Shown here one piece after another: positions 32,294 through 43,546 of a DNA stretch of 64,000 bases (position 1 is its first letter; every line of letters starts with the position of its first letter). The notes beneath the pieces were generated by a model that did no database searches, was not told where the DNA came from, and saw only the letters and a program-made list of their open reading frames with translations. A program made the position numbers and the translations under genes. The stretch comes from an uncultured Pseudomonadota bacterium (GTDB taxonomy: Bacteria > Myxococcota_A > Polyangia > Fen-1088), in NCBI GenBank assembly GCA_963711305.1, contig CAVQDT010000007.1, positions 589,246-653,245 on the forward strand. The letters are read 5' to 3'.

Positions 32294-32617
32294 ATGGACG
32301 ACCAGCTTCGCAATCGGATAACCGAGACGATTTCCCGCGACCGGGTCATGTTGTTCATGAAGGGCAACCCGTCGATGCCCCAGTGCGGGTTCTCCGCCGC
32401 GGTGGTCGGCATCCTCAAGGAGGTCGGCGTGCCCTACGGCTCGTTCAACATCCTGGCCGATCAGGAGATCCGCGAAGGCCTCAAGGAGTACTCGAGCTGG
32501 CCGACGTTCCCGCAGCTCTACCTGGACGGCAAGCTCATCGGCGGCTGCGACATCGTGCGCGACCTGCACGCGCGCGGTGAGCTCACCAAGCTGCTCGCGC
32601 CCGCGCCGACCGCCTGA
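32294..32617 (+). CDS. grxD: Monothiol (CGFS) glutaredoxin, Grx4 family
   Basis: Intact ORF. VMLFMKGNPSMPQCGFS, WPTFPQLYLDGKLIGGCDI. AGGAGA lies 8 nt upstream of the ATG. Confidence 0.9.
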   Translation: MDDQLRNRITETISRDRVMLFMKGNPSMPQCGFSAAVVGILKEVGVPYGSFNILADQEIREGLKEYSSWPTFPQLYLDGKLIGGCDIVRDLHARGELTKLLAPAPTA

Positions 32618-32801
32618 CTCGCGCGGCCGAGATCGCGCAGCGCCGCTGATTTCCAGCGTCCGTCAATATCGTGTTTCGCGATTACGGGCGCTGGAAACCA
32701 TCTTTTGACGCGAAATCGGCGGCGGCGAAAGATTCTCGAAACACGCGCGGCCTTATACCGGGTGGGTGATTCAACGGCCCACCAACGAAAGGCATACGCG
32801 C

Positions 32802-33881
32802 GTGAAAACCACTCGACGATTCCGCAACCCGATCAGCAGTCCCACGCGGCTCGCGCTGTCGGCGGCCATGCTCTCCCTCGCGTTTGCGGGGCGAGCCATC
32901 GCGGACGAGGCGCCCGCGCCACCGGCGGCAGCGCCGCCCCCCGCCGCCGCGCCGCCCCCCGCTGCAGCGCCGCCATCCGCCACGACGACAGCAGCCGCGC
33001 CCGCGGCCGACGGTCACCGTCGTCGCCACCGCGCCCGCAGTCGCGCTTCCACCCGCACCACCACCGCCGCCCTACTCGCTGCCCTGGCAGCTGCGGCCGG
33101 CCACGGTCGCCACCGTCGTGCGCTCCGACAGCACCGTGGCCTTCTATGACGGCGCGAACGGCACCTCGGGCAGCACGGTGGCCACGACCTTGCTCGGCAG
33201 CTACAAGGTGCACGCCAACCTGGCGCCGCTCGTGCGCCTGGGCTTCGTGCAGAACACCGCGCCCGGCGCCGCGCCCGACGGGCAGTCGTTCATCAACCCG
33301 CATCGTCGGCGGCACCTACGCGCGTCCCGTCGGTCCGATCCGGCTGGCCGCGACGATCGCCGCCACCGTGCCGATCGGCCAGGGCGGCACCGGTACGCCG
33401 GCCAACAGCGGCTCCGCCGGCGCCAACGCCGCCGGGATCGCGGCGCGGTCCGGAATGGACAACGCGATGTTCGCGGTCAACTACCTCACGTTCCTGGGCG
33501 GCATCGACGCGGCCTACATCGCGCACGGCTTCACCGCGCAGATCGAGGCCACGATCCTTCAGCTGACGCGCGTTCGCACCAGCACCGGCGACAGCTCGCG
33601 CACCAACGGCACCGCGGGGCTGCACCTCGGCTACTTCCTGATCCCGCAGCTCTCGCTCGGCGGCGAGCTCCGCTACCAGCGCTGGCTCAGCGACGCCGCG
33701 CCGGTGAAGGCGGCCGCGGTCAATCGCGACACCGTCACGATGGCGATCGGCCCGCGCGTGCACTTCAAGATGGGCAAGACCTGGTTCCGCCCCGGGATCT
33801 CGTACTCGCGCGGCCTCGACAAACCGCTCACGACCGTCGAGCTACAACATGGTGCAGGTGGACCTGCCGTTCGCGTTCTAG
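32802..33881 (+). CDS. Outer-membrane beta-barrel-like protein with (AAPPP)3 linker (three to four frame breaks)
   Basis: GTG 32802 gives VKTTRRFRNPISSPTRLALSAAMLSLAFAGRAIA/DEAP (signal peptide). Alternating-hydrophobic strands follow in the frames of ORFs 32884-34095 and 32705-34807. The ending YNMVQVDLPFAF with stop TAG at 33879-33881 has the terminal Phe typical of OMPs. Confidence 0.55.
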
Positions 33882-34695
33882 CCGAGCTTCTCCGCGATCA
33901 GCCCGACCAGGTGCTTCATCACGAACGGCTTGCTGGTCGCGATGTCGACGCGCACGCCGCGCTCGCCGAGGGCGGCCTCGACGACGGGGCCGATCGCGGC
34001 GACGCGCGTCGACGACAGCGCCGCGGCCAGCATCGGCTCGACGCCGGCGGTGCGCGCGACGCCCCACAACCGATCGATCTGCGACGCGCTGGTGAAGGCG
34101 ATGGCGTCGATGCGGCGCGATTGCATCGCGTCGATCAATTCGCGCACGCGCTGGTCGTCGATCGCGGGCGCGTAGACGTACGGCGACACCGTCGACACCG
34201 CGGCGCCGGCGCCGGTCAGGAACGCGACCAGCTCGGCGCCCGGATCGGTGCCGTAGAGCTGCAGTCCGACGCGCCGGTCCTTCAGATCCAGCGCCCGCAA
34301 GCTGTCGATCACGCCGCGCGAGGTCGGCACGCTGGCCGGCAGATCCGAGGCGAGCCCGATCTCGTGCAGCGCGCGCGCCGGCTTGGGACCGCGCGTGATG
34401 CGTCGGACGCGCCCGAGCGCCGCGACCACCGCGTCGCGCGTGCCGGTGCGCTCCGCGCGCGCGAGCAGGCGCCGCAGGCCCTCGCCGGTGAGAAAGATGA
34501 CGTCGTCGAACGCGCCCGCGACCAGGCGCCGCAGCCAATCGTCGATCGGGCGCGGGATCGGGCGCATCGAGGATCGCGACCAGCGGGCAGCGCCAGGTGG
34601 TCGCGCCCTGCTCCTCGAGCAGCCGCGACAGCTGATCCAGCTCGCGCGACTCGGGCAGCGCCACGGTCTTGCCGGTCGAGCGGCCCGGCCGTCAT
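33878..34695 (-). CDS. hemD: Uroporphyrinogen-III synthase (about two frame breaks at the N-terminus)
   Basis: ORF 33878-34567 plus N-terminal pieces (MTAG..., then VALPESRELDQLSRLLEEQGATTWRCPLVAI). FLTGEGLRRLL, RITRGPKPARAL, IDAIAFTSASQI. The start overlaps the upstream stop (ATGA at 34695-34692). Confidence 0.8.
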
Positions 34696-36622
34696 GGCTT
34701 GCTCCCCGCGGAATCGGTCGCGGCGCTCGCGGCGCCGAACTTCACCTTCAAGCTCTGGGTGGCGCCGTCGCGCCGGATCTGAACCACCGTCTGATCGCCG
34801 ACCTTGAACAACGCCATGGCCTCCATGTACGACTCGATGTCGCCGACCGATTTTTCGCCGATGCGGTCGATGATGTCACCCGCCTTGAGCCCGGCCTCGG
34901 CGCCGGCGCCGCCGGCCATCACCGCGCTCACGCGCAGCCCGTTCTCCGACTGATAGTCGGGCATCACGCCGAGCCGCACGGTGATCCCGTGCGTGCCGCC
35001 GACGGCGCCCATCCGCGTCCACTGCGGCGCCACGAACGCCAGACGCTGGTCGCGGTTCGCGACCGCGACGACGATGCGCCGGGCCAGCCGCGCGGTCCGC
35101 GCGATTCCGTCGGCGTCGATCTTGTCCCAGGTGTCGCTGGCGCGGTGGTAGTCGCCGTGCAGCCCGGTGAACAGGAACAGCGACGGGATCTCCTTGTTCA
35201 GGAACGGCGCGTGGTCGCTGTTGGGCGCGACGCGCTTGGGGAACGTCAGCGCCAGCTTCTCGTCGTTGGCGGCGTTGGCGATCGCCTCCCATTCGCGCGC
35301 GGTCGTCGACGCGCCGACCTCGACCGCGCCGGCGCGCATGCGCCCGACCATGTCCAGGTTCAGCATCGCGACGACGTGTCGCCGGGTCGCCTGCTCGGCG
35401 AGCGCGAGCGAGCCAATCAGTCCCCTCTCCTCGCCGGTGAAGGCGACGAACAGGATCGATCGCCTGGGCGCCACGCGCTCGGCGGCCAGCGCCTCGGCGA
35501 CCTCGAGCATGGCCGCGGTCCCCGACGCGTTGTCGTCGGCGCCGGGGTGGATCTGGCCCGCCGCGCCGAACGCGCTGCCCTCGTCGCCGCGCCCGAGGTG
35601 ATCGTAGTGCGCACCGATGAGCACCGCCTCTTGCCGCAGCGTCGGATCCGAGCCCGGCGAGCACCGCGACGACGTTGCGGGCGGCGATCGACGGCGTCTG
35701 CCACTCGACGGCCAGATTCGGCCGCGAGCGGAAGCGCAAACGACGCCGGGCGGCCGCTGTCGTCGATCCGACGCTGCAGCGCCGCCACGCCGTCCGCTCC
35801 CGCCGCCGCCAGCAACTGATCGGCCGCCGCGCGCGCGAGATGAAACGAAGCGATGTTGGTCGCGCCCGGCGCTCCCACCGGCAGCGGCGCCGCATCGACG
35901 TCGACGCCGCCGTCGACTCGCACGGTAGCGGCGGCGGCGGGCACGGGCGGATCGACGATGGCGATCGCGACCGCGCCGTGGCGGATCGCGTTCTCGATCT
36001 TCGCGCGCAACGCCGCGCCGGCGCTGAACGCCGGATCGGCGGCGTGACCGGCGGCGACATCGTAGTGGGGCGCGTAGCGCAGGCAGATCACCAGCTGGCC
36101 GCGCGCATCGATCGCGGCGTAGTCGTCGTACCCGCCGGCGATCGAGATGCCGTACCCCGCGAAGACCACGCCGGCCTGCGCGCTGGCCGCCGCGGCGCCG
36201 AGGTTGGGCGCGAAGTCACGGCCGAGCGCCGAGCGCGCGCCCGCCGATCCGCAGCGCCGTGCGCGGCCCCGCCCGGCGCGGCAGCGGCAGATCGACTGCT
36301 TCGAAGAATGTGCCACCGTCGCCCGGCGCCCGCGAGCCCCATCGCGCGAAATCGTGCGGCGATGTAAGCCGCCGCGCGATCGAGGCCGGGCGTCAGCGCG
36401 CCGCGGCCCTCCATCTCGGGCGCGGTCAGAGCCTTGACGTGCAGGAGCGCATCGCGCTGCGGCGATCGCCGGCGTCGTGGAGATCACCGCGGCGGTAGGA
36501 GCTGCCGCAACGGCCGCCGCTGAGCTGGCGGGGGCGACATTGGCGGATATCGTCCCACTGGCGCTGGCGATGAGCGGCCACGCCCCGACGGCAACGGCCA
36601 GCGCCCACAGCGACCTTCTCAT
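34692..36622 (-). CDS. M28 family aminopeptidase with PA-like insert and C-terminal PDZ domain (four to five frame breaks)
   Basis: Start ATG 36622 gives MRRSLWALAVAVGAWPLIASA (signal). GAHYDHLG, ADDNASGTAAMLE, FTGEERGLIGS, NLDMVG, SDHAPF. PDZ: GLRVSAVMAGGAGAEAGLKAGDIIDRIG. Confidence 0.8.
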
Positions 36623-36674
36623 GATCCTCGCAGCCGTTTTACGGTATGGTCCTCGCCCCAGCAAGGACCAAGCA

Positions 36675-37712
36675 ATGGCCAAGACCAAGACCACGACTGA
36701 CAAAGCCCCCGAAAGTGCCTCGGTGAAATCCGAAACAAATGAAGCCGACGCGAAGGCGGCCGACGCGGCCTCCGACGAGAAGCGGATCGAAGCCGCGCGC
36801 GCCCGACTGGGAGCGGCGGGCCGCAACGATCCCTGTCATTGCGGCTCGGGGAAGAAGTACAAGAAGTGCCACCTGCGCGACGACGAAGCGGCGGCGGTGC
36901 CGCCGGTGGTCGCGCCCGATCCCCAGGAGATGCTGGCGGCCGCGTGGCGTCTCTTCGAGCAGCGCCGCCCCGGCGCCGCCGAGCGCGAGTTCCGCGCCGC
37001 GCTGGACCTCAAGCCCGACATGCTCGACGCGCGCGTCGGCATCGGCATGGCGCGGCTGTCGGCCGGCAACGCCGACGGCGCCAAGGAAGAGCTGAGCGTG
37101 GTGATCGAGGCCGGCGAGAAGCTGGCCGGCGACCTGCGCGCGCAGAACGTCAAGGACGCGTTCAGCAAGCCCGAGGCTCAGCCGTACATTCGCGCCTGCC
37201 ACGCGGTCGGGTGCCTGGCGTACGATCAGGATCGCTTCGCCGATGCGGTGACCGATCTCGAGAAGGTGTACGCGATCGACGAGGGAACGGTCGGCACCGA
37301 GGCGCGGCTCATCGCCGCCAAGGCGCTGATGAAGCTCGAGAAGGCGGCCGACGCGGCCGTGGTGCTCGAGCCGGCGGTGAAGTCCGAGAGCGCCGGCAGC
37401 CGCGCGCAGCTCGGCCTCGCGCTGGCGCACTTCGTGGCGGGCGCCGAGGACAAGGCGCGCACCGCGCTGGGCGCAGCGCTGGACGCCAACCCGCACTTCG
37501 GCAAGACGCTGCTCGGCCGCATCCGCCGGCGCGTCGAGAACGTCGCCGGCTCGCAGCCGGGCTCCGTCGAGGAAGCGCTGGTCTACAGCCAGACCTACGG
37601 CGACGTCTGGACCGACGCCGCGAAGGAGTTCCTCGAGAAGGTGCTCGACGAGCGAAGCGCCGCGCCGAAGGCGGCCGCGCCCGCTGCAGAAGAAGCGTCG
37701 GCCGCGACCTGA
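36675..37712 (+). CDS. SEC-C motif / TPR-like repeat protein
   Basis: ATG 36675 inside ORF 36477-37712. MAKTKTTTDKAPES..., SEC-C metal-binding motif NDPCHCGSGKKYKKCH, then helical repeats. Confidence 0.8.
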   Translation: MAKTKTTTDKAPESASVKSETNEADAKAADAASDEKRIEAARARLGAAGRNDPCHCGSGKKYKKCHLRDDEAAAVPPVVAPDPQEMLAAAWRLFEQRRPGAAEREFRAALDLKPDMLDARVGIGMARLSAGNADGAKEELSVVIEAGEKLAGDLRAQNVKDAFSKPEAQPYIRACHAVGCLAYDQDRFADAVTDLEKVYAIDEGTVGTEARLIAAKALMKLEKAADAAVVLEPAVKSESAGSRAQLGLALAHFVAGAEDKARTALGAALDANPHFGKTLLGRIRRRVENVAGSQPGSVEEALVYSQTYGDVWTDAAKEFLEKVLDERSAAPKAAAPAAEEASAAT

Positions 37713-37713
37713 G

Positions 37714-37769
37714 TCCGATCCGCCTCTCCCATCTGCGACATCTGCGGGGGGAGAGGACCGGACCGGATC
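37714..37769. repeat. Degenerate copy (B) of the hairpin element, between convergent stops
   Basis: cctctccc (37723-37730) pairs with gggagagg (37749-37756). The flank gagaggaccggaccggatc resembles the arm end gaggggaccgga of copies C and D. Confidence 0.4.
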
Positions 37770-37773
37770 TGCG

Positions 37774-38795
37774 TCACGGGCACGAGCTCGCGTCCGCGAT
37801 CGACGTGTGGATCGCGAACGTCGAGCCGATCGTGTGGCGCTCGGCGAAGAAGATGTCGAGCGGGTAGCTCTGCCCCTTGATCATGCCGAGCGCGCTCGCG
37901 GCGGCGTCGAGCTGGACGCTGCCGCTCAGCGTCTGGTGAGTGCCGCCGAGATCGATGACCAGCGTGCGGTTGATGAAGACCCAGCAGTCGTCGTCGCCGG
38001 AGAACGAGAAGACTTCGCCGCCGCGGTACTGGAAGTGGGTGTGCGCCTCGAGCGTGAAGTGATAGTTGTGGGGATTGCCTTCGTTACCGAACAGCTGATT
38101 GTCGATCGGGAAGAAGGACGGGTTGTCGTAGACGTAGAAGTCGGGCTCGGCCGCGCTGGCCATCAACGGCAAAGCGATCATCGTCGCCGAATTGACGCCG
38201 GGAACGTCGTGGTACCACTCGTTGAAGTTGGCGGCGCCGGTCGTCGTCAGTGTCGTGGGATTGCCAGCGTAGACCGGCGTTCCGTCCGCGCCCAGCATCG
38301 ACTGCGACGATGCCCTGGTCGGCGTGGTTGCCGCCGCCGACGTCGTCCAGCTCGAAGTCGGGCGGATTGTGGGCGTGAAAGTCGCGCACCTTCGTCGTGA
38401 GGATCGGCGGCTTGGGCTGAGGCGCGTCGCAGCCGGCCCACGTCCCGTCGGTGCAGGTCTGGTTGCCGCTGCCGCAGGCACTGGAGCAGCTGCGCGTCAC
38501 CGGCGCGACCTCGCATCCCTGCCACTTGGCATCGACGCAGGTCTCGGTGCCGGCGCCGCAGTCGTTGCTGCACGACGCGGGTCACCGGCGGGATCATGCA
38601 CGACTGCCAGACGTAGTCGACGCAGCTTCGCGTGCCCGGGCCGCAGAACCCGCTGCACGGACGGGTCGTGTCGATCGCGGGATCGCACGGATCCACGTCG
38701 TCGAGCTCCGTGCGGCCGCAACCGAGACAAGCGGCGACCGCTACCACCACCAGCAGCGCGCGCGCGAACACACGATCACCCATAGACCAAGCCAT
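37774..38795 (-). CDS. Fibro-slime (PA14-like) domain lipoprotein (about three frame breaks)
   Basis: MAWSMGDRVFARALLVVVAVAACLGCG (lipobox), a Cys-rich N-terminal region, then FFPIDNQLFGNEGNPHNYHFTLEAHTHFQYRGGEVFSFSGDDDCWVFINRTLVIDLGGTH...LDIFFAERHTIGSTFAIHTSI, the fibro-slime domain signature. Confidence 0.75.
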
Positions 38796-38923
38796 GCGGG
38801 CAGCCTACCTCAGACGCATTCCGCCGGAATGCCGCTTTGCCGTGACATAACGACCTTTTGATCCCCGGCAGGCCGCGGCTGATCACATGCGTGATCGCAG
38901 TCGCCTCGGCGGTGCCGCGGCGA

Positions 38924-39589
38924 TCACTTCTTCTTCTTCTTCGCGCTCTTGAGCTCGGCGAGCCAGTCCTCGACCTTCTTCGTGCGCTTGTCGAGCTCCG
39001 CGGTCTGGTCGGCCAGCGGCTGCTTGTCGCCGTCGAATGACGCGTCGATCGCCTCCGGGTAGTCGTTGGCGAGGGCGTTCAGCATCACGTCGTAGTCGGT
39101 GGTGACGTTCGAGTTGCCACCCTTGGGATCGATCGTCGCCATCTTCTTGCCCATCGCGACGATGGGCTTGTTCAGCGACTCGCGCAGCTTGTCGACCTTG
39201 ACCTTGTCGCCGGTCTTTTCGCGCGCTTCGTCGTACTGGTCGCGGGTCTTCACGATGAACGCGAACACCTGCTTGTGCAGGGGCAGCTTGCCGCGATCGT
39301 ACTCGAGCAGCCGCTCCTTCTCCTGCCCCGCCAGCTCGGCCGCCACCTTGGCCTCGGCGGCCTGACGCTTCGCCACGCGGTCGGCCAGGCTGAGCCCGTC
39401 GTTGTTGGCGACCATCTTCGGCTTCACCGCGGCGTCGGCCGCCGACGGCGGCGCGGGCGGCGGCGCCTTGACCGGCTCGGCCGCGGCGACCGGCGCGGGC
39501 GGCGCCTTGGGCGCTTCTTTGTCGCAGGCGACCGCGAGCAGCGCGAACATCGTGGCGAAACCCAGGGTCGTCCCTTTGATCGATCGCAT
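38924..39589 (-). CDS. Lipoprotein, function unknown (Pro/Ala linker, Lys-rich tail)
   Basis: Intact ORF. MRSIKGTTLGFATMFALLAVAC is a lipobox. Helical, charged body, ending KSAKKKKK. Confidence 0.75.
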   Translation of the reverse strand: MRSIKGTTLGFATMFALLAVACDKEAPKAPPAPVAAAEPVKAPPPAPPSAADAAVKPKMVANNDGLSLADRVAKRQAAEAKVAAELAGQEKERLLEYDRGKLPLHKQVFAFIVKTRDQYDEAREKTGDKVKVDKLRESLNKPIVAMGKKMATIDPKGGNSNVTTDYDVMLNALANDYPEAIDASFDGDKQPLADQTAELDKRTKKVEDWLAELKSAKKKKK

Positions 39590-39660
39590 GCGGACCTCCT
39601 GCCCGGTCGGGCGTGGAGGCGCAGTATTGACAACCTGGTGGGGCGAAGCAACCCTGACCT

Positions 39661-40068
39661 ATGCCGCTGTCCGGTGAGAAAGCTCGTGCGCTGGCCGCGC
39701 GGTTCGCGCGCCTCGGGATCCGCGAGGAGGACCTCGACGAGAGCTTCGTGCACTCGGGCGGCAAGGGCGGCCAGAACGTCAACAAGGTCGCGACCTGCGT
39801 CGTGCTGGTGCACCGGCCGAGCGGCATGGCGGTGAAGTGCCAGCGCGAGCGCACGCAGGGCGCGAACCGCCTCATCGCGCGCCAGATGCTCGCCGACAAG
39901 ATCGAAGAGCAGCGGCTGGGCCGAGAGAGCGCCCGCGCGCAGGCGGCCGAGAAGATCCGCCGGCAGAAGCGCCGGCGATCGCGGCGCGCCAAGGAGAAGA
40001 TGCTGCGCGCCAAGCACGCGCAGTCGCACCGCAAGTCGCTGCGCGCGCCGGTGCGCCGCGACGACTGA
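39661..40068 (+). CDS. Stand-alone GGQ (RF-1 domain) protein, ArfB/peptidyl-tRNA hydrolase-like
   Basis: Intact ORF, 135 aa. SGGKGGQNVNKVATCVVLVH...VKCQRERTQGANR plus a basic C-terminal tail. Confidence 0.8.
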   Translation: MPLSGEKARALAARFARLGIREEDLDESFVHSGGKGGQNVNKVATCVVLVHRPSGMAVKCQRERTQGANRLIARQMLADKIEEQRLGRESARAQAAEKIRRQKRRRSRRAKEKMLRAKHAQSHRKSLRAPVRRDD

Positions 40069-40087
40069 CCGGCCGCAGGATCCGACG

Positions 40088-40889
40088 ATGGAAGCACGCC
40101 CGCCCACGATTCCGCCCGTTCCGACGTCGGCGCTCTACGACGCGCTGGCGCCGGTCTACGACCGCTGGCAGGCGGCGGGCGGCACCCGGCCGTTCTCGCA
40201 CGTGGTGCTGGCAAAGCTGCTGCCGGCGCTGGCGCGCCACGCGCGCCAACCAGAGTCGGCGCCGGTCGCCTCGTTCGTCGACCTGGGCTGCGGCACCGGC
40301 GAGCTGCTGCTCGGCCTGCATCGCGCGCACCCGACCTGGCGCCTGCTGCGGGATCGACGGCAGCGCCGCCATGCTCGAGGTCGCTCGCGCCAAGCCGGCC
40401 GCCGATCGCGTGCAATGGCTCGAGGGCGCGATGGCCGCCCCGCCCGCGATCGCGCCGCCGCCGATCGACGCCGCCGGCTGCTTCTACGATGCGCTCAATC
40501 ACCTGACCAGCGCCGCCGAGCTGCACGCGGCGATGCGCGCGGTCGCCGGCCTGCTGCGGCCTGGCGGGCTCTTCGTCTTCGACGCCACCAACGAGCTGGG
40601 CTTCGAGCGCTGGTGGCGCGGCAACCGGACGTGGCGCGAGCCGGGCTGGGCCGTCGCGATCGAGACCCACTACGACGCCGTCCGCCGCGTCGCGCAGGCC
40701 GAGGTCACCATCGACGACGGCAGCCGCCAAACCCACGCCACGCTGACCGAGCGCTGCTTCACCGACGTCGAGATCCGCTCGGCGCTCGCCGCGGCCGGAT
40801 TCAGCGAGCTTCTGAGCGAGCCCTGGAGCCCCTTCGACCTGGATGCCCCAGGAAAGACGTGGTGGATCGGGCGAAAACGACGCCTCTGA
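40088..40889 (+). CDS. Class I SAM-dependent methyltransferase (one frame break near 40340)
   Basis: [13 protein letters not shown] (motif I), then in the frame of ORF 39837-40889: [24 protein letters not shown]. Confidence 0.75.
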
Positions 40890-40965
40890 GCCGGGATGGC
40901 TCCAGATCAGCGCGTCAAAACGGTTCATTCTGCCAAGTCGACACCGATCTGACCCCAAGATCTGG

Positions 40966-40994
40966 TTGACCAGAGGGCCATTCCGCCCTAGCTT
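40966..40994 (+). promoter_or_regulatory. Candidate sigma70-type promoter upstream of ilvB
   Basis: TTGACC (40966-40971), 17-nt spacer, TAGCTT (40989-40994). About 40 nt upstream of the GTG start, with AAGGAGA at 41022-41028. Hexamer match only. Confidence 0.25.
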
Positions 40995-41034
40995 TGTCGA
41001 CCTCAGTCCGAAACCTTCGAAAAGGAGACCTACC

Positions 41035-42832
41035 GTGGCAACCCGTTCGCTCAAGACCGCCCCGTCATCGACCCCGTCGAAAAAATCGACCGAGAAGACC
41101 GAGAAGGCAGCCCCGCAGCTGCACAAGGTCACCAGCGGCGCCGAGAAGTTGATCCGGTGCCTGGAGCGCGAGGGTGTCGAGTACGTATTCGGTCTGTCGG
41201 GCGGCGCCGCGATGCCGATCTTCGACGCGCTGGTCGACTCCAAGATCAAGTTGATCCTGGTCCGCCACGAGCAGGGCGCGACCCACATGGCCGACGGCTA
41301 CGCGCGCGCGACCGGCAAGCCCGGCGTGGTGCTGGTGACGTCCGGCCCGGGCGCGACCAACACCGTGACCGGCCTGCTGACCGCGCTCATGGACTCGGTG
41401 CCGATGATCGTGCTCACCGGCCAGACCATCTCGCCGATGCTCGGCAAGGACGCCTTTCAGGAAGCCGACGTCACCGGCATCACCTACCCGGTGGTCAAGC
41501 ACTCGTACCTGGTCAAGGACCCGAACGACATCCCGCGCATCACGCGTGAGGCGTTCTACCTGGCGTCGACCGGCCGGCCCGGGCCGGTGCTGATCGATCT
41601 GCCCAAGGACGTGACCTCGGGGCCGTGCACCGCCGACTTCGTTCGAGACCGTCGACCTGCCCGGCTACATCGTGCCCGGCCGCCCCGAGGCTGATCTGGT
41701 CAAGAAGGCGGCGGCGCTGATCAACCGGAGCAAGAAGCCGGTGCTGTACGTCGGCCACGGCGCGGTGATCTCGGGCGCGGGCCCGGCGATCATGAAGCTC
41801 GCCGAGAAGCTCAACGCGCCGATCGTCAACACGCTGCTCGGCAAGGGCGCGTGTCCCGAGGATCACCCGCTGCACCAGGGGATGCTCGGCATGCACGGCA
41901 CCGCCTACGCCAACAAGGCGGTCACCCACTGCGACATGATCATGGCGATCGGCGCGCGCTGGGACGACCGCATCACCGGCAAGCTGTCGGAGTTCTGCGT
42001 CGGCGCGACCAAGATCCACATCGACATCGACAAGGCCGAGTTCAACAAGATCGTGCGTCCCGACGTCAGCCTGGCCGCCGACGCGCGTCTGGCCGTCGAG
42101 GATCTGATCCCGCACGTGCAGAAGCTCGACACCGACGAGTGGCTCGAGCAGATCGCGGCGTGGCGCAAGCAGTTCCCGCTCAAGTACCCGAAGAAGGGCG
42201 GCCTGCGCGCGCAGCACGTGCTCGACCGGCTCGACGCGCTCGGCGGGCGCGACGCGATCCTCACCACCGACGTGGGCCAGCACCAGATGTGGGCGGCGCA
42301 GTTCTGCAGGACCACCAAGAACCGCCACTGGCTGTCGTCGGGCGGCGCCGGAACCATGGGTTACGGCTTCCCGGCGGCGATCGGCGCGCAGTTCGCTCAC
42401 CCGAAAAAGATGGTCTGGGCGATCGCCGGTGACGGCGGTTTCCAGATGACGATGGCGGAGCTGGCGACGGCGGCGATCCACAAGCTGCCGGTCAAGGTGC
42501 TGATCATCAACAACTCGTACCTGGGGATGGTGCGCCAGTGGCAGGAGCTGTTCTTCGAGAACCGCTTGTCGGGCGTGGATCTCGAGGGCAACCCCGACTT
42601 CGTCAAGCTCGCCGGCGCCTACGGCATCAAGGGCTGGCACATCAAGCGGCCGTCCGAGGTCGATCGGATCCTGAAAGCCGCGATCGCCTACAACGACGGC
42701 CCGTGCGTCGTGGAAGCCGAAGTCATCAAGGAGGACAACGTCTTCCCGATGATCCCCGCCGGTGCCCCGCTGCGCGACATGATCATCGAACGCCCGAAGC
42801 AAAAGATGGCCAAGCCCGAAGGGAGCACCTAG
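41035..42832 (+). CDS. ilvB: Acetolactate synthase large subunit (one frame break at about 41641)
   Basis: [52 protein letters not shown]. After the break: [36 protein letters not shown]. Confidence 0.9.
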
Positions 42833-42834
42833 TC

Positions 42835-43383
42835 ATGTCCGCTTCACCGATCACCGCCATGCCCCTTCCGTCGTCGATCCCGGCACCGAGCGCGCCGCTG
42901 CATACCATCTCGCTGCTGGTGCGCAACAAGCCGGGCGTGCTGGTCCGGGTCGCGCTGGTCTTCTCGCGGCGCGGGTACAACATCGAGAGCCTGGTCGTGA
43001 GCACCGACGTCACCAACGGGCAGTTCTCGCGCATGACGATCACCTGCAGCGGTGACCCCGAAACGCTGGAGCAGATCATCAAGCAGCTCACCAAGCTGAT
43101 CGACGTCGTGCACGCGTTCGACCACACGGGCGCGGCAGTGATCGAGACCGAGATCGCGCTGGTCAAGATCGAGAGCGCGGTCAATCAGCGCACGGAGGTC
43201 CTGCAGGTGGCGGCGCAGTTCGGCGCCAAGGTCGTCGACTCGGGCGCGACGTCGATGATCGTGAGGATCTACGGGACGAGCGACAAGGTGGATGCGTGCT
43301 TGTCGTTGCTCAGCCACTACAAGATCGTCGAGCTGGTGCGGTCGGGGAAGATCCTCATGACGCGCGGGCTGGCGCAGACGTAA
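42835..43383 (+). CDS. ilvN: Acetolactate synthase small (regulatory) subunit
   Basis: ATG 42835 lies 2 nt after the ilvB stop. HTISLLVRNKPGVLVRVALVFSRRGYNIESL (ACT domain). Confidence 0.9.
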   Translation: MSASPITAMPLPSSIPAPSAPLHTISLLVRNKPGVLVRVALVFSRRGYNIESLVVSTDVTNGQFSRMTITCSGDPETLEQIIKQLTKLIDVVHAFDHTGAAVIETEIALVKIESAVNQRTEVLQVAAQFGAKVVDSGATSMIVRIYGTSDKVDACLSLLSHYKIVELVRSGKILMTRGLAQT

Positions 43384-43398
43384 GGGCGCGGAGAAGCG

Positions 43399-43519
43399 CG
43401 GACCCCTCTCCCTAACCCTCCCCCCGCAGACGGGGGGAGGGGACCGGACATGATACGCGCCACGATCGATTCAGATCCGGTTCCGATCCCCTCGCCCCGT
43501 CTGCGGGGAGAGGGGTCCG
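43399..43519. repeat. Two-arm inverted copy (C) of the hairpin element
   Basis: Outer 13-bp perfect inverted repeat: cggacccctctcc (43399-43411) and ggagaggggtccg (43507-43519). The left arm holds an internal hairpin, ccctcccccc (43416-43425), gcagac, ggggggaggg (43432-43441). Located between the convergent stops of ilvN and def. Confidence 0.85.
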
Positions 43520-43546
43520 ACGTCACTCTGCGGCGCGCGACTTCAA

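Noticed and set aside
38883-41288. 801-aa minus-strand ORF
   Set aside because: It runs across five genes identified on either strand (lipoprotein, GGQ protein, methyltransferase, start of ilvB). Only the 38924-39589 stretch, in a different frame, is real coding. Low-complexity Arg/Gly/Ala product.
41540-42802. 420-aa minus-strand ORF
   Set aside because: It is antisense to ilvB.
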